Part shown: positions 11,400 through 23,200 of the stretch, in pieces
Layout: each line of letters begins with the position of its first letter
Numbering within the stretch: the first letter of the stretch is position 1
Assembly: GCA_043228905.1 (NCBI GenBank)
Contig: JBHGNT010000002.1
Coordinates: 27,962,001 to 28,026,000 of the forward strand
DNA: 64,000 nt
Source: Azolla caroliniana
Lineage: Eukaryota > Plantae > Polypodiophyta
Direction of reading: 5' to 3'
Made by a program: the position numbers and the translations under genes
Notes under the pieces: generated by a model
Databases searched by the model: none
The model's input: the letters and a program-made list of their open reading frames with translations, nothing else
What the model was told of the DNA's origin: nothing

Positions 11400-12780
11400 T
11401 GGTGGGGAATTGGTGACTTTTTATTCTTCGACGATGGAAAACTAAAGCCATGTTTGTAGAACAATTTGGGGAGGGAACATTATGTATGCAGAACTAGATA
11501 GAGTGTTTATGATGTCTTCCTTTCAGCCTTGTCAAGCTAGTCTATTTTGGTATGGTATGTTTTCATCCTTATGTGTCTTGTTCGGGGTCATGGGTTATAA
11601 TCTGTCATGAATGTCTTTACTTCGATGTTTTGCCTTCTGAATGGCTTCATTCTCTCTTTATGGAAGACGAAGTTATAACTCAAGGGAGTATGTTGCCTAT
11701 TCGTATATTGTGGAAGAACGATAAAAATTGGATGTTGAATCCACATCCAAATGATATACATAGTCTCTCTGAATTGTGGGTCTATGAGAATAAGCCAATT
11801 GATCACCTTTTGTGGGATCCTGGTGAGTTGAAATGGCAAATCATATTAGCGCAAGGAATGTTAGGTAAATAAATCCCATTTTTACAATACTTGGTAAAAA
11901 TGGGTAGAGAATTGCTAAGGAGGGGTGTGGCTATTATGCCAACGACTTGTAAATTTTGGACATCTAGTAATATACAAGACTCTTGATTGGATGCTTATTG
12001 GAAATGGCTATGGGTCATGCAAATTCCTAAAAAAATTGTATTATTTAGATGGTTATTGATATATTATTGCATTCCCGTGAAGTCATGGATGTGGGGGCAT
12101 TCCCATGATTTAAAATGTGATAGTTATGGTTCTCCCATTGAATCGGTTCATCATGTTTTATGGATATCCTATTTATGGTAAACATGTGTACACATGGGGT
12201 TTTGTGAGATGGGGAAGATTGGTTGAAGAAATACATAATTATGAAAAGGAGTATGTTGATTTTCTTCTCCTCTCCAATGGAAGACATGTATTGGAGGTCT
12301 CTTATACTACAACAATCCGTTGTTTTGAAGAGGACAATGTCTGGTCTACGATATCTTCTTTAGTAGTTTGGGTATTGTGGAAGGCTAGATGTAAATGTGA
12401 ATTTCATAAAGTCAAATAGAATGCGGTCGAGTTAGTCAAGGAGATATGGTTAATGCTCCTACATACTCTAAGAGGTCAATATGAGGCAACAACTGGTGAG
12501 CTTGATGTTGTGATTCGTAAACAACAACAATTTCAAGGAATTAGGAAAAATGCAGAGGTCTTCACATCTTTTGGAGAGAGAATAAAGTGAAAATATGCTC
12601 CACCAATATGGATTTTTCCGCCCCCCATCTTGGAAGGGCCTTACATGTGTGCTTTTGATACTCGACATGTTGGTTGATGTGGGTACGAGGGTTATAATTT
12701 ATTGTATGAATTTGTTGTAGCCTTTGGGCATCTTTCCATTAATACAAAGGTGAATCTTTATTTAAAAAAAGAAAAGAAAA
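11400..12780 (+). mobile_element. Degenerate L1-type LINE, 3' part (zf-RVT region, 3' UTR, A tail)
   Basis: Broken ORF WKWLWVMQIPKKIVLFRWLL...C...ESVHHVLW and VWVLWKARC, typical of the plant LINE ORF2 C-terminus; stops and frameshifts; A-rich end. 5' boundary approximate. Confidence 0.75.
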
Positions 12781-13316
12781 GAGAGTAGTATGTATTATTG
12801 ACTAGCGGGTTGACATGTATTGACCATGTGCTTGCCGATTACCTTTTGTCAATATTCACTAGTTACATCCATTACCTTTTGACACTTAAAATGTTCTAAT
12901 TGTGAAGAGATCACAATCATTTGCATAAAATGAAATCCCTCACCTCCATTACCTTTCGGTACTTCAACAACTCTAACTCCAAAGATATCACAATCCTTCA
13001 CATAAAACCAAATCCCTGCACATCCAATTGCTCTTAACTCCAAAGAGAACACAATCCTCCACATAAAACCAAATTCCCTCTATTTGAATTTGGTTCTTTG
13101 ACATTTTACGAATGATTCTTATTGATGCAAAAAATGACCTCTTACATGACCTAACTTGAGGCTTGCATGAATTTTTACCTAGTCATAATTCAAATGTCTT
13201 CAACTATTGGACTGACGAATGTAAAGAGGGGAGAAGATCGAGAATTACATAAAAAGTCATAAAACAATTTGGACTATTGTATCGAAGTAAAATGATGAAT
13301 ATAATTTTAAAATGCT

Positions 13317-13387
13317 TGCACTGGCCGGGAATCGAACCCGGGTCTGTACCGTGGCAGGGTACTATTCTACCACTAGACCACCAGTGC
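13317..13387 (-). tRNA. tRNA-Gly(GCC)
   Basis: Minus strand GCACTGGTGGTCTAGTGGTAGAATAGTACCCTGCCACGGTACAGACCCGGGTTCGATTCCCGGCCAGTGCA; paired acceptor stem, anticodon GCC, TTTT just downstream. Confidence 0.97.
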
Positions 13388-13800
13388 TGATGTGGTGTCT
13401 ATGAATAGAAATAATAAAACACAGTTTTCTATGCAACTGAAGATTTATCTCATATAGCTCCGGTGATTTCACATTATATTTGCGATAAATGTTCCCAAGC
13501 ACCGTCGAGATGTGAGTACATATTTTATATGGTCCAGCAAAACCTTCAAATATCACCGATTAAAATGTAATGGGGAACTCCTAATACTCGGACCATTTAC
13601 CCCTTAGGGAATATAACTAAGGAAGACATACTTGAAAAGAAACAATAGGATTCTCTCAAACATGTCATGTTTTTGAATATGGGATATGAGAGTTCCTCTT
13701 GTATTTATAAAATGTTGTTGATAGTTGGACCGTCAAAGTGCATGCTTGGATCTTCATCCTCTTCTTCTTTTTTCTAAACAACATACCCTTCCATTAGTTT

Positions 13801-14025
13801 TTAAAAAGGCATATCAACGACAAAATACAAAATAGTTGGAAAGGAAGTGACTATCCTTCCCAAGCCCATCTTCTGTAAGACAAGGGCTAGCCATGGATCC
13901 TTCGTTTGATGAAATTGATTGAGCATTTCCTCAAATTTCCCATTCTCAACATATCTTGCAATCATGCAATCATGGATCTTCGTCCTCTTTAATGTTAGAA
14001 GTTTGCCAACCACCTGAATGTTCAT
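13801..14025 (-). pseudogene. PPR (PLS-type) gene fragment
   Basis: CMIARYVENGKFEEMLNQFHQ resembles the PPR consensus AMIAGYxxNGxxEEALxxFxQM; isolated and decayed. Confidence 0.5.
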
Positions 14026-16129
14026 TATATTGTCTTGAATGTCGATCCATCAATTTGGCGGTTAAGCTTTGTCTAACGACTTACTCTTCTGACCAAAAAT
14101 AAATATCCGTTATGCTTTGATGAAAGGTTGGTGCTCCTTGTTGCATTACCTCCTCATGAACAAAAGAAATCAAGATGCTTTCATCTTGATGTTCAATATA
14201 ACATCCTTATAAAAAAACTTCATATCGTTAGATGCAATGAAATGTGATAATTTGTCTTTCTTTGGAAGGTTAATTGTGTGATTGATGTGGTCAACAACAT
14301 CGTGTACAATCAATGCCCAAGCCTCTAATGAACATCGTCACATTTACGCATTGAAAGGATCAAGATGGCACTCAAGCAAGGAACATTTATTTAAGACTCT
14401 TTGGTTTATTTATGAAACCCCAAGTCAACAATACAAAGGAACAATCTATGGTGAGGTAAAATATTTAGTGATGCATGTTTCTTCTATGCAAGTTTGCAAG
14501 TTTGCAAATGGGCTCATTCATAGGAGTAAAGTCTGGATAACTAGAAAGCGTGTGGATTTGTGGGTTTATGTAAGAGTGGGTCATTGTAGATGGTGAGATT
14601 CTTTGGGTCATAGTAATGATGAGTGTTAGTGTGGCGAAGAGGTTAATGAGATGTAATGAATGAAGTTTGAGAAGGGTCATGGCTTTGCAAGGACTGCCTT
14701 TTGTAGCTTCTAAAACATTGGTAATGTCTAAATATTGGTGTGAGTCATGTGCACATGCTACAACACACATTTCAGACTCCCTCTTCTTTTTGTCATTGAT
14801 TCCAATTGCCAACCTTCATACAAGTGCATCCAATCTTAGGTGAACTAAAGGCAAATGCCATTCTTGTGTCACTTCTAGGTGTGCTACAACAAGCCATCAT
14901 CTTTCTCTTAGTCAGAGTTCTATCCTCACGAAGTGGTATATCGCGGTCAGATTGTTCTTTACTCTTTTGTGAGCAAAACCAGCAAGAGTGGTAGTCAACC
15001 ACACTAGACTTGACCTGTTACACTGATATATTATGACCCAAGTGAATTCTTTCTCACCAACTTTAAATAGTTGTGTCGCAATGTCCTTTAAGTGTTTGCT
15101 CAACACTATCTAGTTAATACTAAACAAAGCATACATGGATGAGCAAACCACTCTTTGAATAGTTAACAAAAACCACAAATCTCATACAAGAAGATTAGTG
15201 TAAGGCTAAGAGTTAAAACATGTAACATTAATCTCAAGAAAAGTGTTGAGGGAGAGAAGGAAAGAAAGAAGGAGAAAAGTTGTGGTCTAAATCTCATGAA
15301 TGAGGAAGTTCCACTAAATAGGGACAAAAAATGACCTTTATATTTATTTCTGATGTATTTATTGGCCCTTTTCTCACTAGTGTGGCCATAAGAAACTTGA
15401 TATAGTGTATGCGACTATAGGGTACTCAAGTTTGGAGATAGACAGTTTAAATTGATAAACTTAAAACCACTTCAGAAGCATTCAAACAAATAGATTTTAA
15501 TAACTAAACCACATATAACTATAAAAATTTAATTGATAACCTATCCTAATATTCATAACGGTTAACACCATTGCATGTTGACAATTAGTTTAGACACAAA
15601 TTTGGGAGAGAATTTGATGGAGCTCAGAAGATCGGGCGACAAAGAAGTTTGGGAGGACACTAAGAGAGGATGTTAGGAATTATGACAGGACGCATTAAGA
15701 TGAAAGGATTTTAATTTGAGAGTTGGCCATTCAATCCAATGCGGTGAGCAATCCAAGAACTTCAAATTTGGATGGAGGCAATGGCCAAATGATTATGGAG
15801 GTAGATCAACAAAATGAGACAAGAACAACAAGCAAATGACTATTATTATATCCCAAACTCAGAGTCTTGATGCTCAAAAGATGAACTCGGATGGAAATAC
15901 ATTTGGATTTACATCTCTAGATTAAGGCATGAGAAATGTGTGTAATTTCTTACAACATCCCAAAAACTCAACAACCTTTGGAAATTCACATCCCTTAAAT
16001 CTTTAAGCTGATTTTGGAAATCATTTTAAGAACCATGACAAGATAGGATCCTTTGCATTATTACAATCCACACACATGCTATACGTTCTATCGTGATGTC
16101 CCCCATATGACACCAAAGGAACACAGCGA

Positions 16130-16831
16130 TCAAGAACTGGAGATGATTTTCTTGAGATATTGAATCTCCGTGGCATTGACACCAAAGGAACGGGCGAGGA
16201 GGGCATCTTCGATGGCAGGGTGAGAGGCAAAGAGGGCTCCCGGGATGCGAGAAGTTCCCGGGTTTTGGCTATTAAAAGACACAATCCCGACGGCATGCGT
16301 TTTCCCAACATTCATCTGAAAATGAATTAAGCCTTGGGGGATGATGAACAGATCTCCGGCAGAGAGAGTGGCTGCGAATAGCTTCTCGTCGGAGCTAACG
16401 AACCCGGCGAAGAGGGTACCTTGGAGGACATAGATGAGTTCGGAGCCGCGCGGGTGGACATGTGGCGGGTTTACACCTCCGGGATTGAAATCAGATCTGG
16501 AAGCCGAGAGGCCCAGGGTGTTGAGGCCTGGGAAATTTGCGGCATTCGCGCGCACAGCCACGTACCCGAACTTGGATGCCGAAGCATTCCCGGGAGTCCG
16601 CAGAAGAATCGATGCGAAGTCAGATCCGGTCGCGTTCGCCGGATTCTTGCATACAAAGCCATTCACTCTGGTGGTCGAGTTGGTGTCGGCGACACAGAAG
16701 TCTTGTAGGGGGGCGGGATCGGTGGCCGACACAACCACGATGATAGCCATCGCGATCGTGCACCACAACATTACGTAAATAGAAGAAGAAGAAGAAGAGG
16801 AGGAGGAGGAGACTCTAGTACCCATCTCCAT
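16130..16831 (-). CDS. Germin-like protein (cupin), intronless
   Basis: Signal peptide, DPAPLQDFCVAD, VNGFVCK, box 1 GGVNPPHVHPRGSE, box 2 GDLFIIPQGLIHFQMNVG, FNSQNPG. All Mn ligands (H,H,E,H) present. First ATG at 16831. Confidence 0.96.
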   Translation of the reverse strand: MEMGTRVSSSSSSSSSSIYVMLWCTIAMAIIVVVSATDPAPLQDFCVADTNSTTRVNGFVCKNPANATGSDFASILLRTPGNASASKFGYVAVRANAANFPGLNTLGLSASRSDFNPGGVNPPHVHPRGSELIYVLQGTLFAGFVSSDEKLFAATLSAGDLFIIPQGLIHFQMNVGKTHAVGIVSFNSQNPGTSRIPGALFASHPAIEDALLARSFGVNATEIQYLKKIISSS

Positions 16832-16989
16832 CAATTCTGTATTCTCTCACCTTTGCCTTTGCTTTGGCTTTTCTTCTATATGTAGTTAGTTCCTTGGAGC
16901 CTCATATATGTAGTTCCCGGAGCCTAGGTGGAATCTCCCCTTTCTGTCTTATAATATTGGGTTAAAAGATTCTCACTTGCAAATTGATA

Positions 16990-17160
16990 AGCCTAAAGTC
17001 AAACCTTTGCTAGGTCTAGTATGAGATCTCGAATTCCTGAAGTACAACTCTAGGAGGCCTAAAGTCAACTATGGGAGAGTAACCACATTTTAGAAGCCTC
17101 GTGTAGTACCATTCTTAGAACTTAGAAGCCTTGTGTAGTACCATTCTTAGAAGCCTTGTA
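16990..17160. repeat. Short repeats in the germin-like promoter
   Basis: GCCTAAAGTCAA twice (contains W-box TTGACT on -); TTAGAAGCCTYGTGTAGTACCATTC about 2.5 copies. Confidence 0.6.
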
Positions 17161-18383
17161 GAGTATGATTCATAGACGCCAAAACATGGCTCTTGTACGA
17201 CAATACATGTAAATACTAGTTAGACATTTGTATAAATTTTTATGATTATATTCAATAGTCCCAATGGAACAACTCAATTTGTTTGTCGAGGGGAAGAGAG
17301 AGGGAAATGAATAGGTAAAGGTTCCAAAATATGGCTATTTTTCACCTCCCCTATTAAGAAGGGTACAACTTACAAGTTTCCAAGATAAGCAAATTTTCTC
17401 AACAAAGCCAATTGTTTATTTTGAACACAACTTCGACTATAATACAAGCCAAGTATCCTCCATTCTAGGTGGCCCTAACTCACTAAGAAACTTCTCAGTG
17501 AATTAGGAATTTTGTATTATTGATGTCTAATAAAACAAATTTGTAAGTGCTTAATTATCTAAAATATCACATTTGGTGTAATCTTTGGTTGATGAAATTG
17601 ATAGAGGTGGAAATCTATCTCTCTAGTAATCCAACTCGCAATCGCCCCAAATTCTGTCCGTAGAATATTTAATACATTTCACCATGAAAATCATAAACTC
17701 CAAATATATTATGAAGTAACAATAATATGTGCCACAACAATCAAGTCACTAGATGTGGGTGTACCGAGTACTACTAATACTCCCACCATGAGTAAGTGCG
17801 AAACTCAAATTTAGAAATATTTGCTCTGATTTAATCGCACAAGCGTAGTCATTTTGAACTTGTTGTCTCGTTTTATTCCAAGAAGTTTGGTTCACGAACC
17901 ATTTTCTTCCATTCAAAACTTAAAACGTACAACATACTAATTCAAATACTTGAAATCAAGTTTCATGTGAATCATCTATCAAACTATCCGATTAATAAAC
18001 AATCAATGAAAATTAGAAAACATTGTTGACTTTGTATTGCATGTTAAGTAAAATGTTGAATTGCTTTCTTATGGTGCTGGACTTTCATTATCAATGTCAT
18101 TTTCATTAAATACATGGTGTTTTACTACATATCATCCATAAGAGTATACAAGCTTAATTTACCAATGTGTAATGCCAATAAATACCCCTTGTTAAGTATA
18201 TAGAATTTCTATGTTTCTAAATGTTGACCTACCACACACACATAAAGAAATTCTAAGGTATAATCAAATAAGTAATCATAAATAAATAGCTATTGTAAAG
18301 CATAGCTCTACTTGGGATGTATACAATAAATTAGTAATCTTAAAAGAAACAAAGTTACAATGTTACATGCATCATTGTTCTAA

Positions 18384-18462
18384 ATATAATGTCTCCATGC
18401 ATACATGATGGGTTCACAAAATAATATAATGTCTCCATGCATACATGATGGGTTCACAAAAT
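18384..18462. repeat. Tandem 40-bp duplication
   Basis: ATATAATGTCTCCATGCATACATGATGGGTTCACAAAAT x2. Confidence 0.9.
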
Positions 18463-18799
18463 TCAATGATAGTGATTGACTCCATAAATCTAAAGGAAAA
18501 ATCTTAGATTCATTTGATTGATAAATAACATTCCATCAAAAAACATTATTGTCACATTCTCACCTACCACATTTCTACCTTTTTTTATGGAGCTTCGATG
18601 CTCAAATCAAGCCTACAAAGAATACTTTTAAGTTATAAATAGCAAGGTGAGATTTGTCATCGTGCTAAGTGTGTCGCATAAACGGAAGTGCATGTGCTAA
18701 TCGAGCAGGACCACAAGGAACTTGAACTAAGGAAGATGTGATGCCATTTTGAAGAGTTACTTGCAACAATACCTCTCAAAATCTTCATGCATTGCTTAT

Positions 18800-19600
18800 C
18801 CTTTTGTGGATTCCCTGTTATGGAATGACCCCTCATGTAGTCTCGTCACAAAATGACCTTCATGTAATGAAAGAGTGTTCATGGAATGACGAGGCATTCA
18901 TGCAATGTATGGGTATTGCACAATCAAGGGGCCCTCGTAGAATGAAGGCCCATGAGGCATTGATCACGTTTTCTTCACATGCACTCACTCCCAAAACCTC
19001 AAATACACCATCTTCGCACACATATTGCCAATTTTTTATCCCAAATCCTAAGCTAAGTAATAACACTAAAACATTTATAAGGTTTGCTAATACAAAGGTT
19101 TTAGATATAAATAAACTAACGAGATACATTGCTTAAGCCCCTTTTACATGGGGTACTAAGAGACAAGATTAGGAATCCAAATAGGCTAACAACTAAGAAG
19201 TAGTCTAGTGTTAACAAATTTTGGTGAGGCTAGCTTATACATTCAATGTCAATACCACCTCTTGTTGATGCAATTTTGTGAGTTTTAAGGATTCCACTTC
19301 ATTGGAATGCCCCCTCTTATAATCGATTCATAGACTTCCTTCTTGGAATGACCATAGTGTAATGAAGGGGCACTCATGGATTGGAGAGGCGGTCATGCAA
19401 TGAATGGCCGCCCATGGAATGAAGGGGTGCTCATGGAATGACAACATATGCCACTTTGATCACGGTTTCGTCACATGCTCTCACTCCCAAAACCTCGAAG
19501 ACACCATAAACATCTCTCCATGCACATTAACACAGAATTTCTTCGAAACCCTAAGTTAATTAATGACATGAAAACAGTCATAAGCTCCACTAATAACACT
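18800..19600. repeat. Diverged direct repeat (~300 bp x2) rich in CATGGAATGA motifs; probable TE relic
   Basis: TTGATCACG.TTTC.TCACATGC.CTCACTCCCAAAACCTC at ~18961 and ~19456, with shared flanking motifs. Confidence 0.65.
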
Positions 19601-19878
19601 AAAACGCGTTGAATGGAGAGAAAACATTGTATATGAAGAACACACCCATTTTGAGGCTACTATATTGTGCAAACGTTTGATTCGCTCATACCCACACACA
19701 TTCATTCATTCAAACTTGGTTTGGTTGGGTTTGGTTTGAGAGTATCAAACCCAAACTATTTAAGACTCAAACCTTCATCAGGGCTCAACTTCATCTTCCA
19801 GGACATTTAAAATTTGCTACACACAATGTGGTCCGAAAAATGACAACGTTAGTGAGGCTTCTCCCGCTCAATACTCTT

Positions 19879-20190
19879 TCGCCATAGCCGTGAGCTCCGT
19901 GGATTCTCCTGAAGGCACAAACAGATTAAAGAAAAGAAATCATAAACTGTGAAGCCTTTCCCTCGCCATTGCCACGAGCTCCCTGGATTCTTTATGAAGG
20001 CAATGGTTACAGATAGATCAAAGAAAAGAAATCAGAAATTGTGAATCCTCAACCTCTCCAGTGCCACGAGTTCCTTGGATTCTCTCGAAGCAACAGTTAT
20101 AGACAGATAAAAGAAAAGAAATAAAAAAGTGAGAATCCGTTCCCTCGCCATTGTCGCGAGCTCTGTAGATTCTCTCCCGAAGGAACAGTT
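19879..20190. repeat. Minisatellite, ~85-92-bp unit x3.5
   Basis: TCGCCATTGCCACGAGCTCCNTGGATTCT...AAAGAAAAGAAAT units start at ~19879, 19963, 20055 and 20144. Confidence 0.85.
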
Positions 20191-20286
20191 AAATGATACA
20201 TAGTGAGAAAAGCCAAAAGGGCATTTCTCACTATTTATCACTAAATATATAAGTTAATACAAAACAAAGGTTTTTTGTTGTGCCCG

Positions 20287-23200
20287 CCAAAAACATTTGG
20301 TGTGTCTTTTTCTGTGCTGTCTTTTTTTCTCTGTGTTGTTCAATCTTCTTCTCTGCAGGAAAAACAAGAAAATAGCAACTCGTCCAACTGTAGTATCAGA
20401 GTGAAGGGCTTCGTCAAAGACCTTGTTTGTGGTAGGAATCGTTTGTTTCTCTGTTTTTTGCCCCTCTTTGCGTATGTTGTTTGCAGAAACTTGCCAAACT
20501 GAGGTAATATCTAGTACTTGTTGCCCCTGTTACAACTCATTTTCCCATCCTTTTGTGAGCCATTTTTTGCTTTGGAACGTGTCACCATTCAAGAAGTGTT
20601 TTCCCTCTCTCAACCTAGAGACAATAGCAACAGTAAATATGTACTTACTAGTCTTTGATTATCGAAAGAGAGGAGTGTTTCTAGTTTACAAAAGAGAGGA
20701 TTTGCATGATAAATGCTTGGTCACTTGAGGTGAGATTGTGAAATTAGAAGTTATGTTTTAGTCGCATTCCATTTACTTTTGGCTGAAATACAAGTGAGGT
20801 CTTGTTCTTAGGCGAACGCAGATAATTCTTGTTTTTGGGGGCCTAAATTTGACGGATCCAACTTCGCCTTGTGGAAGAATCAAATGAGAGATGTTCTTAT
20901 TTAAAGAAGGCAATTAAGGCCATAAGGTGGTTACGGCCATTAGGTGGCGAAGCCAAGAGACCTAAGGGCATGTCCAATGAAGATTGGGAATAGTTGATCT
21001 CTTGGCAATGTCTACCATAAGATTGCACCTAGCTGGCAATGTATACTTCACGGTCTTGGACTGTGACTCAGCCGAAAAGTTATGGACTGATATTGTCGCC
21101 TCTCATTTGAATGATTTTGATGCACTATGGTCACAATTTCAGGCTTAGAAAATGACTACGGATGATGAGCTACAATGTGTATTTCTATCATGCACTTTGC
21201 CTAGCTCTGGGGACACATTTTGCTCCGCTCATAGCAATAGTGCACCAAATGGGAAACTAGTCTATAATGACATATGTGGAGCACTAGTGATTGAGCGAAG
21301 AAATTCGTAGGAAATCTATGATTGTATCACATAATGGAGATGCATATAATGTGTATGAGGTTGGTTCTTGCAAGAACCAACACTGTGGTAGGAGCCACAC
21401 GAGAAACAATAGTATAAACGATAGAGGTAGAAGCAAGTCTAGGACGAAAAGCATGGAGTATCATTATTGACGTAAAAAGGGAGACCTGAAGAAAGATTGT
21501 TATGCCTTGAAAAATAAGGAAAAAGATAATGTTAAATTCAAAGGTGATGGGCATGGAAGATAATCTAGCGGTCCCTCTTCTTGGGTGGAAATAGAGGAAG
21601 TAAATGCAACATGTGATCAGACTGACATCTTGGTCTTAGATGATGTTAGCACACATGTTGGGGTGAATATGGGTTTTTCTCCATCCCACATAGAGAGTGA
21701 TTGACATGTTATGAAGCTAGGTCACTTGGGAAAGTTTGACTTGGAGACTCACATTAGTGTGATGTGAATGACATTGGAGATATCTCAATGCACTTTAGTG
21801 ATGGTTCTCATCTTACCATCAAAGATGTATGCCATGTTCCTCAACTAACTCATAATCTAATGTCCGTTGGTCCGCTTGATGGCAACAACTATAAGGTGAT
21901 ATTTGCTTCCCAATCCTTCCGTATAATGAAAGGAAATATGATTGTTGCAAAAGGGAACAAAGTTGGTTCCCTCTACCCTCTATTTGTTCATAAAAAAGAA
22001 CAACTATTGGTTGTCACATACTAGCCAATAAGGAGCATTTGGCATGCCTGTTTAGGCCACATGTCAAGAAATGGGATGGAAATTCTATCTCATTATGGCC
22101 ACTTACCTAAGTTGTCATTCTCTGATTTTGCCTTATGTGAACATTGCCAACATGGTAAGCAACCAAAAGTGCACATAAGACCAGTGTTAACTAATCCACT
22201 AAACCATTGGATCTTGTTCACACAGATGTTTGTGGACCTATGGCTACAAGATCTTTGGGTGGTGCATTGTACTTTGTTACTTTCATTGATGATGCCAATA
22301 GAAAAGTTTGGGTTTATCCAATTAAGGGAAAGGATGATGTATACCCTACATTCAGAGAATGGCTTGTTTCGGTTGAGTTGGAAAAGGACATAAAGCTTAA
22401 GGTTTTACATTCAAACAATGGAGGTGAGTATAACTCTCACGAATTTGGTGACTTTTGTAAGTCTAGAGACATTTAGAGAGAGTTTACAACTCTTTACACC
22501 CTTGTTCAAAATGGTGTGGTTCAGAGGATTAATAGAACCATCCAGGACCGAGTTTTCTCTATGCAACACCATGCAAACCTCTCACAAGGTTTTTGGGCAG
22601 AAGTTGTTTTAACAACAATCCATGTGATTAACCTATCATTGAACACAACCATAGGTCTAAAAGTGGCACAAGAGTTGTGGATAGGCAATGCACCCCATTA
22701 TGCTCATCTTAGAGTTTTTGAATGTGAGGCATATTTACACATTCCAAAACAACTAAGAAAGAAATTGGATTATAAATGCCGAAAATGTATTTTCCCGGGT
22801 TATGGAATTGATGGGCAGTTTGGATATCACTTATGGGACCTTGACACACGTACTGTTGTCAGAAGTAGCAATGTTGTTTTTTATTAGAACAAAATGCATA
22901 AACGGTTTGTAAAGGAGGTAGAAGTGAGAAAGGTCATGTTTAAGGATGTTGTGCCTTGATGTGGATGCTTCTACATGTGCTCAACCACGAAAAAATATTG
23001 CTGGTCAACATAATGATGCCCAAAATAATGATGCTCTGCACAATGATGTACGAAATGATGATTTTCAACAAGAATATGTTGAGAATGATGTTTCTAAGGC
23101 ACAACCTGATTGTATTCAAGTTCAGGAATCATTGAGGAGATCCACGTGTGTCTCCAAAGCACCTAGTAAATTTGCTAATTACGTAATGCTATCAGATGCC

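Noticed and set aside
14050-15120. Possible decayed DNA transposase (IYQCNRSS...SPKIGC peptides)
   Set aside because: Motifs too short and fragmented to assign a family.
16021-16778. Overlapping and antisense ORFs over the germin-like gene
   Set aside because: Shadow ORFs from GC-rich codon usage.
19879-20190. Repeat-spacer appearance suggesting CRISPR
   Set aside because: Eukaryotic context, the linkers are homologous to each other, and no cas genes are present.
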